Shown here in pieces: positions 28,709-36,929 of a stretch of DNA of 40,000 nucleotides. The stretch comes from an uncultured Alphaproteobacteria bacterium (GTDB lineage Bacteria; Pseudomonadota; Alphaproteobacteria; ATCC43930; CGMCC-115725), in the NCBI GenBank assembly GCA_963842175.1, contig CAWJFM010000023.1, positions 1,396,751 to 1,436,750 on the forward strand, read 5' to 3'. Numbering within the stretch: the first letter of the stretch is position 1; every line of letters starts with the position of its first letter. Position numbers and translations under genes: made by a program. The notes under the pieces are model-generated. The model was not told the DNA's origin. It did not search any database and saw only the letters and a list, made by a program, of their open reading frames with translations.

Positions 28709-28940
28709 GAGGCCCGGCGAGCGCATGAGTGGCCGGCTGAGGCCGCCGAGGGGGGGCAAGCCAGAACCGCCTCAGCGGGCGCCAGCGAGGCCCGGCCAGC
28801 GCAGCGGGCGGCTGGCCGAGCTGTCCGGAGGCCGGGTAAGCCGGAACCGCCTCAGCGACCGCGAGCGAGGCCGGGCGAGCGCATCGAGCTACGCGAGGCC
28901 GGGCGACGCGAGGCCGGGCGACGCGAGGCCGGGCGACGCC
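28709..28940. repeat. right subterminal repeats, inverted relative to the left array, plus 3 perfect 15-bp tandem copies
   Basis: GAACCGCCTCAGCG cores at 28765-28778 and 28845-28858 are the reverse complement of the left-end CGCTGAGGCGGTT core. ACGCGAGGCCGGGCG occurs three times in tandem at 28891-28935. Confidence 0.75.
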
Positions 28941-28950
28941 AGGAAGTGGT

Positions 28951-29024
28951 AGTGACGCATCAATAGGTTTTGTTGACCACGGCACCGCTCTACCCTGCCG
29001 TTCGGACGGACGTGCTCCCAGGGG
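28951..29024. repeat. right terminal inverted repeat
   Basis: Its reverse complement matches 15814-15887 at 67 of 74 positions. The terminal 37 nt are perfect. Confidence 0.9.
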
Positions 29025-29039
29025 GGTCTCATAGCTGAC
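29025..29039. repeat. target-site duplication, right copy
   Basis: GGTCTCATAGCTGAC is identical to 15799-15813. Confidence 0.85.
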
Positions 29040-29690
29040 CAGCTCGCCGTCGCAATAGCACAGCGTCACGAAATCGTTGGCATTGGCGCTGGTGCCGGAG
29101 AGCAGCTGGCCCTGGCTCATCGCCAGGTCGACGCTGAGCGTGTCGCTGGTGTCGGGGTCGGCGTGGCTCGGCAGGCTTGCGGTCAGCACGCCCTGGCGGC
29201 CGCCGCGGTAGATCTGGCCGGCCAACGCATAGGTGTTGCCGTCGGTCGAGACCCAGATCTGGGCGCCCCCCCAATTCGGATTGTAGAACGCGATCGTGTC
29301 GCCGCTGCCCACTCCGCCGCCGGTCACAGCGGCGCTCAACACCGGCGCGGTTGGCGAGGGGGTCTGCACCGTGGTCCCAGCCGGGATCGCCCCCGGGCTG
29401 GTCAGATCCTCGACGACGACGCCGGCGACGACCGAGGGCGGCAGCGGCCCAGTGAAATGCAACGTCGCGCCCGAAGCGGTCGCCGCACTGGTCGCGACCT
29501 GGACATCGCCGCCACTCGCGATCAGCCAGACTTCGAGGTCGCCGCCCGACAATGCCGGCGGCGGCTCGAAGATGATCGGCGCGTTGGCGTTGCCGGGGTC
29601 GACCAGCATGTTCGGGCCGCTGCCGGCCGTCGCCAGCCGCGTGTAGCGCTGCGGCGTGTTGACGCCGATCGGGGTGATGGTGCCGGGCAT
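29025..29690 (-). CDS. 5' portion of the tail protein gene split by the insertion
   Basis: ATG at 29690: MPGTITPIGVNTPQRYTRLATAG...NANDFVTLCYCDGELVSYET. The track ORF 28581-29690 then reads through into the TIR. Confidence 0.8.
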
Positions 29691-29778
29691 CAGGTGTCAG
29701 GAACCAGGAGCCAGGAAGGAATGCGGCGCCCCCACCTTCTTCTTCCTGATCCCTGATCCCTGTCTCCTGGTCCCTGTC

Positions 29779-31153
29779 TCACGGCGTCACTCCCGGGATC
29801 TCTTCGGCGGTGACGGTCAGTTCGCCGTTGTCGTCTTCGTCGATCTGGGTGATCCGCACCGCCGCGCCGGAGAGGCCGAGGGTCGCGTCGGTCAGCAGCA
29901 CGATGTCCATCGGCTCCAGCAGCGAATAGCGCCAGCCGAGCTTCCACTTGTAGGTGTTGCGGACATAGGCCTTGCGCTGCAATTGCAGCTGCGCCGAGAC
30001 CTGGGCGCTGGTCGAGTTGGTGAATTCGTGCGCCTGCACCGAGGGCTCGGTGCGCAAGCCCGTACTGGTCGATCAGGCCCTGGTCCCACACCGCGATGAT
30101 CTGCGGGTTGTAGTTGTTGTAGCTGTCCATGTACTCGACGCTGAGCCAGTTGGTCGCCGCCGAGGGATCGCTGCGGGTCAGCATGACCGGATCGCTGCCC
30201 GGAGCCATCGCCGCCGAAATCGAGGAAATCCGCGTCGGCGAGGCTGTATTGCCAGGTCAGATTCGGGGTCCAGCTGGCGCCGTTGGTCGCTAGCGCCAGG
30301 TCGCCATAGGGGATGATCTTGAGGAGGCTGCCCGACCACACCACCGCCGCGACGGCGAGCTGGGCCATTTCCTCGAGCCAGCGCGCGCAGGGCTGCTGGC
30401 GGTCCAGCAGCAGCGACATCGCGAGCTGCGACGGCCTGGCAGTAATTGGCGAAATCGGCGATCGAGCCGGCGCTGTCGAGGTTGGCCGCCGGGAAACCCG
30501 GCGCCGTAGCGCGGGTTGGTCAACAGATCGATGACGATCTCGGCCGGGTTGGCGTCGCCCGGGAAATGCGGGCCCGACCGTGCCGGTCTCGAACCCGTGA
30601 TCTCGAACGAGATGTTGGGCAAGGCCGGGGTCGAGCCCAATTGCAGCGGCGTCCCGGTGACGTAGGAGGTGCCGGAATAGCCGAGGACCGGGCTGTTGGG
30701 GTCCGCTGACTGCGAACACCGGGTCGGGGGCCTGGCCGTCGTTGCCGCCGTAGATGTTGACCGGCGTCCGGTCGATGCCGGCGACCGAGCCGTCGGCCCA
30801 CACCCGGTTCTCCCGAGCCGAGCCGTTGAGAAAGCCGTTCGGCGCGCCGGTGAAGTTGACCGGCCCCTGGCAGATGCCGAAGGCGACATCGACCGAATAA
30901 TTGGCGCCCGAGCCTTTCTTGCCGCCGAGCTGCCGAGCCCCTTGCCGCCCTTGCTGCTGCTGCCGAAGCCTTGTTCGCCCCAGAATTCGAGGAGGTTGAT
31001 CGAGACCCGCTGGCAGCCGTAGACGAGCGGCACCGGGCTGCCGGCCTGGCTGGTGTTGTAGCGCAGGCTCGCGATCGTCGCCGGCTTGAAGGCGTTGGAG
31101 AACGGCGTCGGACCGCCGCCCTTGCCGCCGGGGAAATCGCCGCCGTCAGGCAT
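29779..31153 (-). CDS. phage tail / host-specificity protein (GTA g15 N-terminal-like); about six frame breaks
   Basis: Sensible sequence hops between frames: MPDGGDFPGGKGGGPTPFSNAFKPATIASLRYNTSQAGSPVPLVYGCQRVSINLLEFWG; WADGSVAGIDRTPVNIYGGNDGQAPDPV; SPVLGYSGTSYVTGTPLQLGSTPALPNISFEITG...ANPAEIVIDLLTNPRYGAGFP; LLDRQQPCARWLEEMAQLAVAAVVWSGSLLKIIPYGD; SDPVMLTRSDPSAATNWLSVEYMDSYNNYNPQ; KWKLGWRYSLLEPMDIVLLTDATLGLSGAAVRITQIDEDDNGELTVTAEEI. Confidence 0.7.
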
Positions 31154-31334
31154 CGGATTGCGGTCCCATCCAGTCGCCGCGGCCCGGACAATTCTCAGGG
31201 CATCGCGCCGCCGAGCGCAGGCAGTCGAACAAGCGCCGGGCCGGGTTGAGCGGGCAGACCGGCACCGCAGTGGCGCGGATCTCCTCGAGCCGCGCCCGGA
31301 TAAAATCGAACGAATCGGCCACAGGGCTGCTCAT
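31146..31334 (-). CDS. small hypothetical protein
   Basis: 62-aa ORF (MSSPVADSFDFIRARLEEIRATAVPVCPLNPARRLFDC...) between the peptidase and tail-protein genes, overlapping the latter by 8 nt. Confidence 0.35.
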   Translation of the reverse strand: MSSPVADSFDFIRARLEEIRATAVPVCPLNPARRLFDCLRSAARCPENCPGRGDWMGPQSDA

Positions 31335-31337
31335 GCC

Positions 31338-31815
31338 TCACTCCGGGAACGGCGTGAAGAACCGCACGGCGCGCCCTTTCAGCGGGTGCAGCGTCGCGTC
31401 GCCCCAGACGACGCCGATCGCCCAATAGGCGTGAATGAGCCGCGGCCATTCGACGACGATCGCGCCGTGCGAAAAGGTCCGGCCAAAGCGGAACAGCGCG
31501 ATGTCGCCGGGAAGCGGCGGTCCCGCGATCTCGCGCGCATAGCGGAGCAGCCCTTCCAGGTACCGCTCGGCGCTCGCGGTGCATGTGCCAGTCCGGCACA
31601 TAGAACGGCGGCTCGACATGCGGCGCGAGCCCGGCCCGTTCGTACACCTCGGCCAGCAGCATCAGGCAGTCGACGCCGGCGCCCTTGACCCGCGCGGCGT
31701 GGTGGAACGGCGTCCCGATCCACGATTCCGCCTCCTTAACCACGGAGACACGGAGGTCACGGAGATGTGTCGCGGCCTCGTGCGCCTCCGCGTCGCTAGG
31801 AGAGGTCATTGACAT
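31338..31815 (-). CDS. NlpC/P60 cell-wall peptidase (GTA g14-like); one frame break near 31575
   Basis: EAESWIGTPFHHAARVKGAGVDCLMLLAEVYERAG (catalytic Cys context), then after a shift ERYLEGLLRYAREIAGPPLPGDIALFRFGRTFSHGAIVV (His region) from ORF 31338-31619. Confidence 0.75.
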
Positions 31816-31903
31816 TCCCCGTCATTCCCCGTCAGCCGAGATCCCTCCGCGACCACCGTGTCTCCGTGGTTTCATTTTGTTCAGCCGCGCTTCTGGCCCT
31901 CGC

Positions 31904-32392
31904 TCAGCTCGCGGTCGTGCCCGGACCCGAGGCCGAGCGCGGCGCGATCGGCGGCAGCGAGCGGAAGTGGTCGACGCTCGACGCCCACACCCCATCGGCG
32001 TATTTGAGATAGCCCTTCATCAGCGCGTCGGCGTTCTCGACCATCGTGGTGAGCAGCTTCAGCGAAACCGTCCCGATCTGGTCGCGCTGCGCCATCATCC
32101 GGTGCTGGTCGTCGCCGGGGTCGGTGATGGTGCGCGTGACATAATCGCTGTCGGTGCTGTTGGCGGTGCTGTTCGCATCGACCGTCTTGTTGACGGCCTC
32201 GGTCAGCGACTTCATTCCGTCGGCGATCTGCGTCTGGAACGCCTGGGTGGCGCCGGCCTGGCTGGTCAGCGTCTGCACGGTGCCCTGCAAGGCCGCCACC
32301 GCGGCGGCGAGCTGTTCGAGGGTGACGACGGCCCCGGTATTGCCGCCGGCGGACGCGCCGGCCGATTGAGTCACGGGAACGGGATCGGACAT
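31904..32392 (-). CDS. hypothetical phage protein
   Basis: AGGAGA RBS and ATG at 32392: MSDPVPVTQSAGASAGGNTGAVVTLEQLAAAVAALQGTVQTL...HFRSLPPIAPRSASGPGTTAS. It is the clean terminal segment of the artefactual read-through ORF 31904-34123. Confidence 0.55.
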   Translation of the reverse strand: MSDPVPVTQSAGASAGGNTGAVVTLEQLAAAVAALQGTVQTLTSQAGATQAFQTQIADGMKSLTEAVNKTVDANSTANSTDSDYVTRTITDPGDDQHRMMAQRDQIGTVSLKLLTTMVENADALMKGYLKYADGVWASSVDHFRSLPPIAPRSASGPGTTAS

Positions 32393-32490
32393 GATGAATT
32401 CTCCTAGGTTTCGCGTCGGGCAGCAGGTTTCTGCGCGCCGCCGGCGCCCGACGGAGGACTGGCGGCAGGAAAAGCGATAGGCTTGCGGAC

Positions 32491-32619
32491 TTAGCGGCGG
32501 CGGCGCCGCGGCGGGTCGTTCGGCAGACCGAGCGCGAAGGCGACGGCCGCGGCGATCAGCGCGACCACCACGGCGGTGATCGCATTCGCGACATGCGGGT
32601 CGAAGGCGAGCGGAGCCAT
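32491..32619 (-). CDS. small membrane protein (42 aa)
   Basis: Below the track's apparent size cutoff. ATG at 32619, 4 nt after the upstream stop: MAPLAFDPHVANAITAVVVALIAAAVAFALGLPNDPPRRRRRR. Confidence 0.3.
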   Translation of the reverse strand: MAPLAFDPHVANAITAVVVALIAAAVAFALGLPNDPPRRRRR

Positions 32620-32622
32620 CCG

Positions 32623-33598
32623 CTACACCGCGAATTCGGGCGGCGGGATGTAGGGAAACCCGCCGTACCGCGCGAGATTGTTCAAATAATTCTGGCAGGT
32701 CGTCGTCGTGTGGTCGCAACCCGGCAGGATCGTGAAGGTGTCGCCGGGCGCGACCGGGAACAGCCAGGCCTTGAAGAGGCCGACCCATTCGGGCGTGATG
32801 ATCCCGGCGGTGGCGACGGTGCGGCTGTAGCCGGCATTGGCGCCGGCAAGCCCGGTGATCGTGCCCTCGGTATAAAGGCTGAAGGGCCCCGACACGCCGG
32901 GGATCGGCGCGGTCGCGATGATCGCGGCCTGGGTCGAGCCGGCCGCGGCGGTCACCGTGATCTGCCCGAACCCGGTCGCGGCGCCGAGCGCGTTCTGGCC
33001 GGCCACGCGGTTGTAGCCGCACATCGCATCGCCGAAGATATGGCGTGCAGCCGGCGCCATAGAGCCGCCGCGGCATCTGCTGGACCGCCAGGAGGTTCAT
33101 CAGCGACTTCACCTTCATCGCGATCTTCGAGCGCCCGACATCGCAATCGGCGACCCGGCCGTAGAACCACAAGAGGCACCCGAGGCTGGTGTCGAGACCG
33201 CCCGAGCCGGCGGCCTGCGGCGGCGCGAACAGCCGGTCCAGCTCGACGGTCGCGCCGTCGAAGATCCCCATCCGCACCGCGTCGGCGATCGGAAAGGTGC
33301 CGATCAGGTCATCGGCGCCGGCCAGGATGTCGATGTCGAGCTCGGCCGGCGCGACCCCGATCTTGGTGGTGACCTTGGAGCGCCCGAAGCGCGGCCCCAG
33401 CGCAAAGGTCTGCGCGGCGCCGGAATTGAGGCTGCCGGCGGGGAACCCGGCGGCGGGGATGGTCAGCGCCGTGTTGCCGCCCGACCAGCGGACGATCTCG
33501 CCCGAGGTCAGCGCGATCGTGTAGAGATCGACCTGCACGGTTTCGAGATTGGCGGGGCTGTCGAGAAACGCCGCCAGCGCGGCCGAGCAGGGCCTCAT
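32623..33598 (-). CDS. distal tail protein, DUF2163 + BR0599-type domain (GTA g13-like); one frame break near 33050
   Basis: MRPCSAALAAFLDSPANLETVQVDLYTIALTSGEIVRWSGGNTAL...RLYGAGCT, then HIFGDAMCGYN...TILPGCDHTTTTCQNYLNNLARYGGFPYIPPPEF (ORF 32623-33060). ATGA overlap with the upstream gene. Confidence 0.75.
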
Positions 33599-34223
33599 AG
33601 CAGCACCGATTGCAGTTTCACCTGTTTCAGCGACCACAGCTGATACATGAAGTTCTCGAACTCGGCGGTGTCCTCGGCAAAGCGCACCAGGAAGTAATAG
33701 GTGAAGTCGGCGGTGATGACGACGCCGCTCCCCGGCGCGCTGCCAAAGGTGACGATGCCGGTCGCGGGATTGACGCTGTAGCCGGCCGGGGATTGCGCCA
33801 CCCCGTTGAAATAGACCGCGCTGACGCTGGCCGGCGCGACGATCGGCTCGAAAAACCCGCCGAAACTGCGATATAGCTGAAAGGCCGTCGTCGTGCCGTC
33901 GCCGGTGCCGAAATATTGCCCGGTGACGCCGTCGTCGCTCGGATCGTCGAACAGGAACGCGCCAAAGCTGCCCTGCTGCTGCAGAAAGAACCCGGCGAGC
34001 GTGCGCAACTCGACATACCCGGTGCCGAGCCCGGCGCCGCCGCGGGTGTCGTTGCTCGTCGCGCAGGAACTGGTAGGTCAGCGTCCACAGCCAGATCGGG
34101 TAGAGCTGGTCGACGACGCGCAACTCCCGCCCGGAGATCGCCTTCTGGGTGCGGGTCGCAGAATTTGGGCGCCTTCGAGACCGACCAGCCGAGGCCGGGC
34201 AGCGCGGGAAAGATTGCGGTCAC
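33595..34223 (-). CDS. distal tail protein, DUF2460/TIGR02217-like (GTA g12-like); at least two frame breaks
   Basis: GTG at 34223: MTAIFPALPGLGWSVSKAPKF, then RVVDQLYPIWLWTLTYQFLRDE, then LRTLAGFFLQQQGSFGAFLFDDP...FYFLVRFAEDTAEFENFMYQLWSLKQVKLQSV, in three frames. Confidence 0.75.
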
Positions 34224-34232
34224 TGAACCTCG

Positions 34233-35441
34233 TCAGATCGTGCGTGGGGTTAGCGCGTTCGAGCGCAGCATGTTGCGCACAACCCCGGGATTGCGGGCCA
34301 TCAGCCCCCTGAACCAGCGCTCGACCGCCGGGCCGTCGGAGGGTCCATGAAAATGCAGGTGCATGTCACCGCCGCCAGCTCCATTTGCGCCGCCCTGCGC
34401 GATCATGCTCTGGAGTCCTTCGCTGATCGGCGCCGGCAGCACCATTTCGCGCGCGTGCAACAGCGCCGGGGTCGCACCGGCAAAATTGGGCAGGGCCCAG
34501 CCGCGAGCGGCCGAGGGTACGATGCCGCCTTGGGCAAAGCCCAGAAATGCGCCGACCCCGCTAAAAAAGCTGCCGACCCCGCTGAAGAAACCGCCGGCGT
34601 TGGCACCGGCGCTGACGATGCCGCCGACCCCGGAGAGCGCGCTGAACCCCGTAGTGCCGGCGCTCGTCGTGCTCGCCGCGGCGATTGCCGCCGTGTTGGC
34701 GGCAGTGATGTCGCTGCTCGCCGAAATATCCGACATGAGCCCGAGCTGGGTCAGCAGAGTACTGACCTGTTCGGCAAGGTATCTGCTGACGACATCGCCG
34801 GCACCTTCGCCGGCCTTGCCGCCCAAGACGCCGCCGGCGACTTTCGACAGGGTCGAGCCGGCGAGGCTGACACCCTGGCCGACGATCGACTGATAGAGCT
34901 GCCTCCCGATGTTTTGCGTCGTCCCCTTGTGCAGCAATAGGTCGGTGACCGCCCGTTCGAAGCTGCTGCCGATCGTGTCGAACGCCTTCTCGTAGGGCTC
35001 GGCGATTTTCTCGGCGGATTTCTGCGCGGCCTCGGCGATGCGCGTCTGGTCTTGCGCGAGCTGCGCCGAGTAACGCGCGCTCAAATCGACGAGTTCGCCG
35101 TAGCTCGCCGATTTCTCGGAGAGGGTGGCGGCGTCGCTGGCCAGGACAGCTTCGAGCCGGGCGCGGTCCTGGGCGCTGCGCTGGGCAGTGTATTCGATGT
35201 CGAGACCGAGCGCCTGGTCCAGCGAGATCGCGTGCTGGGCAACCATTTGCTGCATGTTCGCCTTGAACGCGGCGACGGTGGCGGCACTGTTCTGCTGGAC
35301 CGCCACGCTGGCGTCGGCGAAGGCGCTCTTGAGTTGCGTCACCGGCGTAGTCGCACCGGCGATTGCCTGCTTCAGCGCGTTGAGCGCCGACAGCGCGTCG
35401 CCGATATCAGCGCCGAATTTGATCTGCACCGCGTCGGCCAC
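34233..35441 (-). CDS. tail tape-measure protein (short, 402 aa)
   Basis: Helical Ala/Gln-rich N-terminal two thirds and a Gly-rich hydrophobic segment GFFSGVGSFFSGVGAFLGFAQGG. Lies between the chaperone genes and the distal tail genes. GTG start with GAGGTGA RBS. Confidence 0.7.
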   Translation of the reverse strand: MADAVQIKFGADIGDALSALNALKQAIAGATTPVTQLKSAFADASVAVQQNSAATVAAFKANMQQMVAQHAISLDQALGLDIEYTAQRSAQDRARLEAVLASDAATLSEKSASYGELVDLSARYSAQLAQDQTRIAEAAQKSAEKIAEPYEKAFDTIGSSFERAVTDLLLHKGTTQNIGRQLYQSIVGQGVSLAGSTLSKVAGGVLGGKAGEGAGDVVSRYLAEQVSTLLTQLGLMSDISASSDITAANTAAIAAASTTSAGTTGFSALSGVGGIVSAGANAGGFFSGVGSFFSGVGAFLGFAQGGIVPSAARGWALPNFAGATPALLHAREMVLPAPISEGLQSMIAQGGANGAGGGDMHLHFHGPSDGPAVERWFRGLMARNPGVVRNMLRSNALTPRTI

Positions 35442-35461
35442 TGGTCACCTCAAAAGGAAAT

Positions 35462-35480
35462 CGGGGCGCCAGGCGCCCCG
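35462..35480 (-). terminator. GC hairpin between the inserted secreted-protein gene and the tape-measure gene
   Basis: CGGGGCGCC-N-GGCGCCCCG, a perfect 9-bp stem. On the minus strand it is followed by ATTTCCTTTT, so the T-tract is weak. Confidence 0.4.
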
Positions 35481-35522
35481 AAAAAGCCCGCTGCAGCGGA
35501 GGCTGGCAAATGCGTCGTGCGA

Positions 35523-36188
35523 CTACTGCAGTTCGATCGACGAAAACTGCGTGCGTTTTCTCGCGGCGGCCGGATCCTTGCCGCCCCGCCACTGGAGGAG
35601 GTTGGTGTAGGCAAGGGTGACACCGCCGCAATACGGCACGCCCTGGGCATGCGACACGATCCGGTGCAGCCCACCGAGACCGCTCGAGGGATCCTCCTGT
35701 TGATGCGTGATCCGGGGCTTCACCGAATTTTCGAAAAACCGGTAAAGATCGAGCCTGGCGATCCCAGGGCAACGGCGGCCGATGAGGCGCCATACGATGT
35801 CATAGAGCCGGCTCTGGTCGTAGACCTCTTCGGTCCGCGCCGCGATCAGGTTGCGCAGCAGGTTCGATTCGGCGCTCTGCACTGTATCGTCCGGCCGCAG
35901 ATGCAACAGGATGACGAAGGCGTCGAACTGCCCCGGAAGTTTGGCGTAGACCGTGACAAGTCCGCCGCCAATCGGCCTGCCGTTGACGTCGACCTGATGA
36001 CGGCGCGCCATCGAAGCCGCAAGAAAGCCTTCGTCGAGCGTCATCGTCGCGCGCAGCCAGCGGATGCATTCCTCGGCGCTGACGCCGATGCACCCCGGCC
36101 CGTCAGCAGGCTGAGCGGCGACCGCCGGCATCAGACGGGCGCCGGCCGCCAGCCAAATGAGCAGGCCACAGAGCGGGAGCCAGCGCAT
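35523..36188 (-). CDS. secreted hypothetical protein (moron-like insert in the tail module)
   Basis: ORF 35523-36296 trimmed to the ATG at 36188. Signal MRWLPLCGLLIWLAAGARLMPAVAAQ. No resemblance to tail components. Followed by a hairpin. Confidence 0.55.
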   Translation of the reverse strand: MRWLPLCGLLIWLAAGARLMPAVAAQPADGPGCIGVSAEECIRWLRATMTLDEGFLAASMARRHQVDVNGRPIGGGLVTVYAKLPGQFDAFVILLHLRPDDTVQSAESNLLRNLIAARTEEVYDQSRLYDIVWRLIGRRCPGIARLDLYRFFENSVKPRITHQQEDPSSGLGGLHRIVSHAQGVPYCGGVTLAYTNLLQWRGGKDPAAARKRTQFSSIELQ

Positions 36189-36255
36189 CGCCCTTCCTTC
36201 GCGCCGATATTTCTGCACCGCGATTATGCGCCTTGTCTGCCGCCCCACAATGGCG

Positions 36256-36544
36256 TCAGCGGCTTGCCGGGATTTGGGTGCGGCGCGCGATGGCAAGGGC
36301 CGATGCCCGGTTGCGGGCGCGCAGGGCGTCGAGGTCGAGCGGCGCCGGCATGCCGAGATCCCCGCCCCGCGCTACGGCGAGCCCGGGCGGCGCAGCGGCG
36401 GCGATCTCCGCCGACCGGTGGCGCGTCGGTCGGTGCCGGGCGGGGCATCCAGCCGAGCATGCGCGCGATCGTCTGCAGCATCAGATGCGCCGGCGGACAC
36501 CCTTCCCAATACCCGAAAATCTCCCCGGCCTCGGCGAGCGTCAT
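36256..36544 (-). CDS. second tail-assembly protein or frameshift extension of the chaperone; one frame break
   Basis: MTLAEAGEIFGYWEGCPPAHLMLQTIARMLGW, then after a shift GGDLGMPAPLDLDALRARNRASALAIARRTQIPASR with a stop at 36256-36258. The same frame is also open upstream to about 36615 (EQLGAVYGALATGCCYSYRVIDG). Confidence 0.4.
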
Positions 36545-36924
36545 GCCGTCGATGACCCGGTAGGAATAGCAGCAGCCGGTGGCGAGGGCGCCGTAAACGG
36601 CGCCGAGCTGTTCCCGGAGATTTCGTCCGGGCTCGCCACCGGCGGCGCTTCCCCCGCCGGGGTCAGCCCGGCGACCCGCAGAACAGCCGCTACCGTCGCG
36701 TTGAGTTCTTCGATCGTCGCTTCGAGATCGAGCACCGCGTCGGCGGTGAGGTCGGGATTTGCCGGCGCAAGCCCGGCCGCCACCACCTTGGCGGCGGCCT
36801 CGATCAGCGCGCCGCCCGCTTTGCCGGACATCTCGTCGAGCGCATCGAAGAGATGGCGCAATTGGCCGAGCTTCAAGGGGCGGATCTCGAAGCGCCGCCC
36901 GCCCAGCGTGACAGTCTCGTTCAT
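36541..36924 (-). CDS. tail assembly chaperone (GTA g10-like position)
   Basis: ATG at 36924: MNETVTLGGRRFEIRPLKLGQLRHLFDALDEMSGKAGGALIEAAAKVVAAGLAPANPDLTADAVLDLEATIEELNATVAAVLRVAGL. Sits between the tube and tape-measure genes. Confidence 0.5.
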   Translation of the reverse strand: MNETVTLGGRRFEIRPLKLGQLRHLFDALDEMSGKAGGALIEAAAKVVAAGLAPANPDLTADAVLDLEATIEELNATVAAVLRVAGLTPAGEAPPVASPDEISGNSSAPFTAPSPPAAAIPTGSSTA

Positions 36925-36929
36925 CGCGT

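Larger units (their letters stand above)
15814..29024. mobile_element. casposon-like element (Cas1 + family-B DNA polymerase self-synthesizing transposon), 13211 bp
   Basis: 74-bp TIRs, a 15-bp TSD, a Cas1-like ORF (24101-25744), PolB (20139-22397), SSB and HTH proteins. GC is lower and more patchy than the flanking phage DNA. Removing it restores the tail-gene ORF exactly. Confidence 0.8.

Noticed and set aside
28433-28966. 177-aa ORF as an intact transposase that moves the element
   Set aside because: Only about 85 N-terminal residues look transposase-like. The remainder is translation of the GC-rich subterminal repeats (EAGRREAGRREAGRR).
15799-29039. Integrase-mediated genomic island with a 15-bp att core
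   Set aside because: There is no tyrosine or large serine integrase at either end. The only recombinase is a small resolvase/invertase deep inside. The 74-bp terminal inverted repeats, the Cas1 homologue and the 15-bp duplication fit transposition better than att recombination.
31904-34123. 739-aa minus-strand ORF suggesting one large protein
   Set aside because: It is a read-through artefact. Only short patches are sensible in this frame. The region resolves into four or five separate phage genes (DUF2460, DUF2163/BR0599, a small TM protein, a 162-aa protein) once frame breaks and ATGA-coupled starts are considered.
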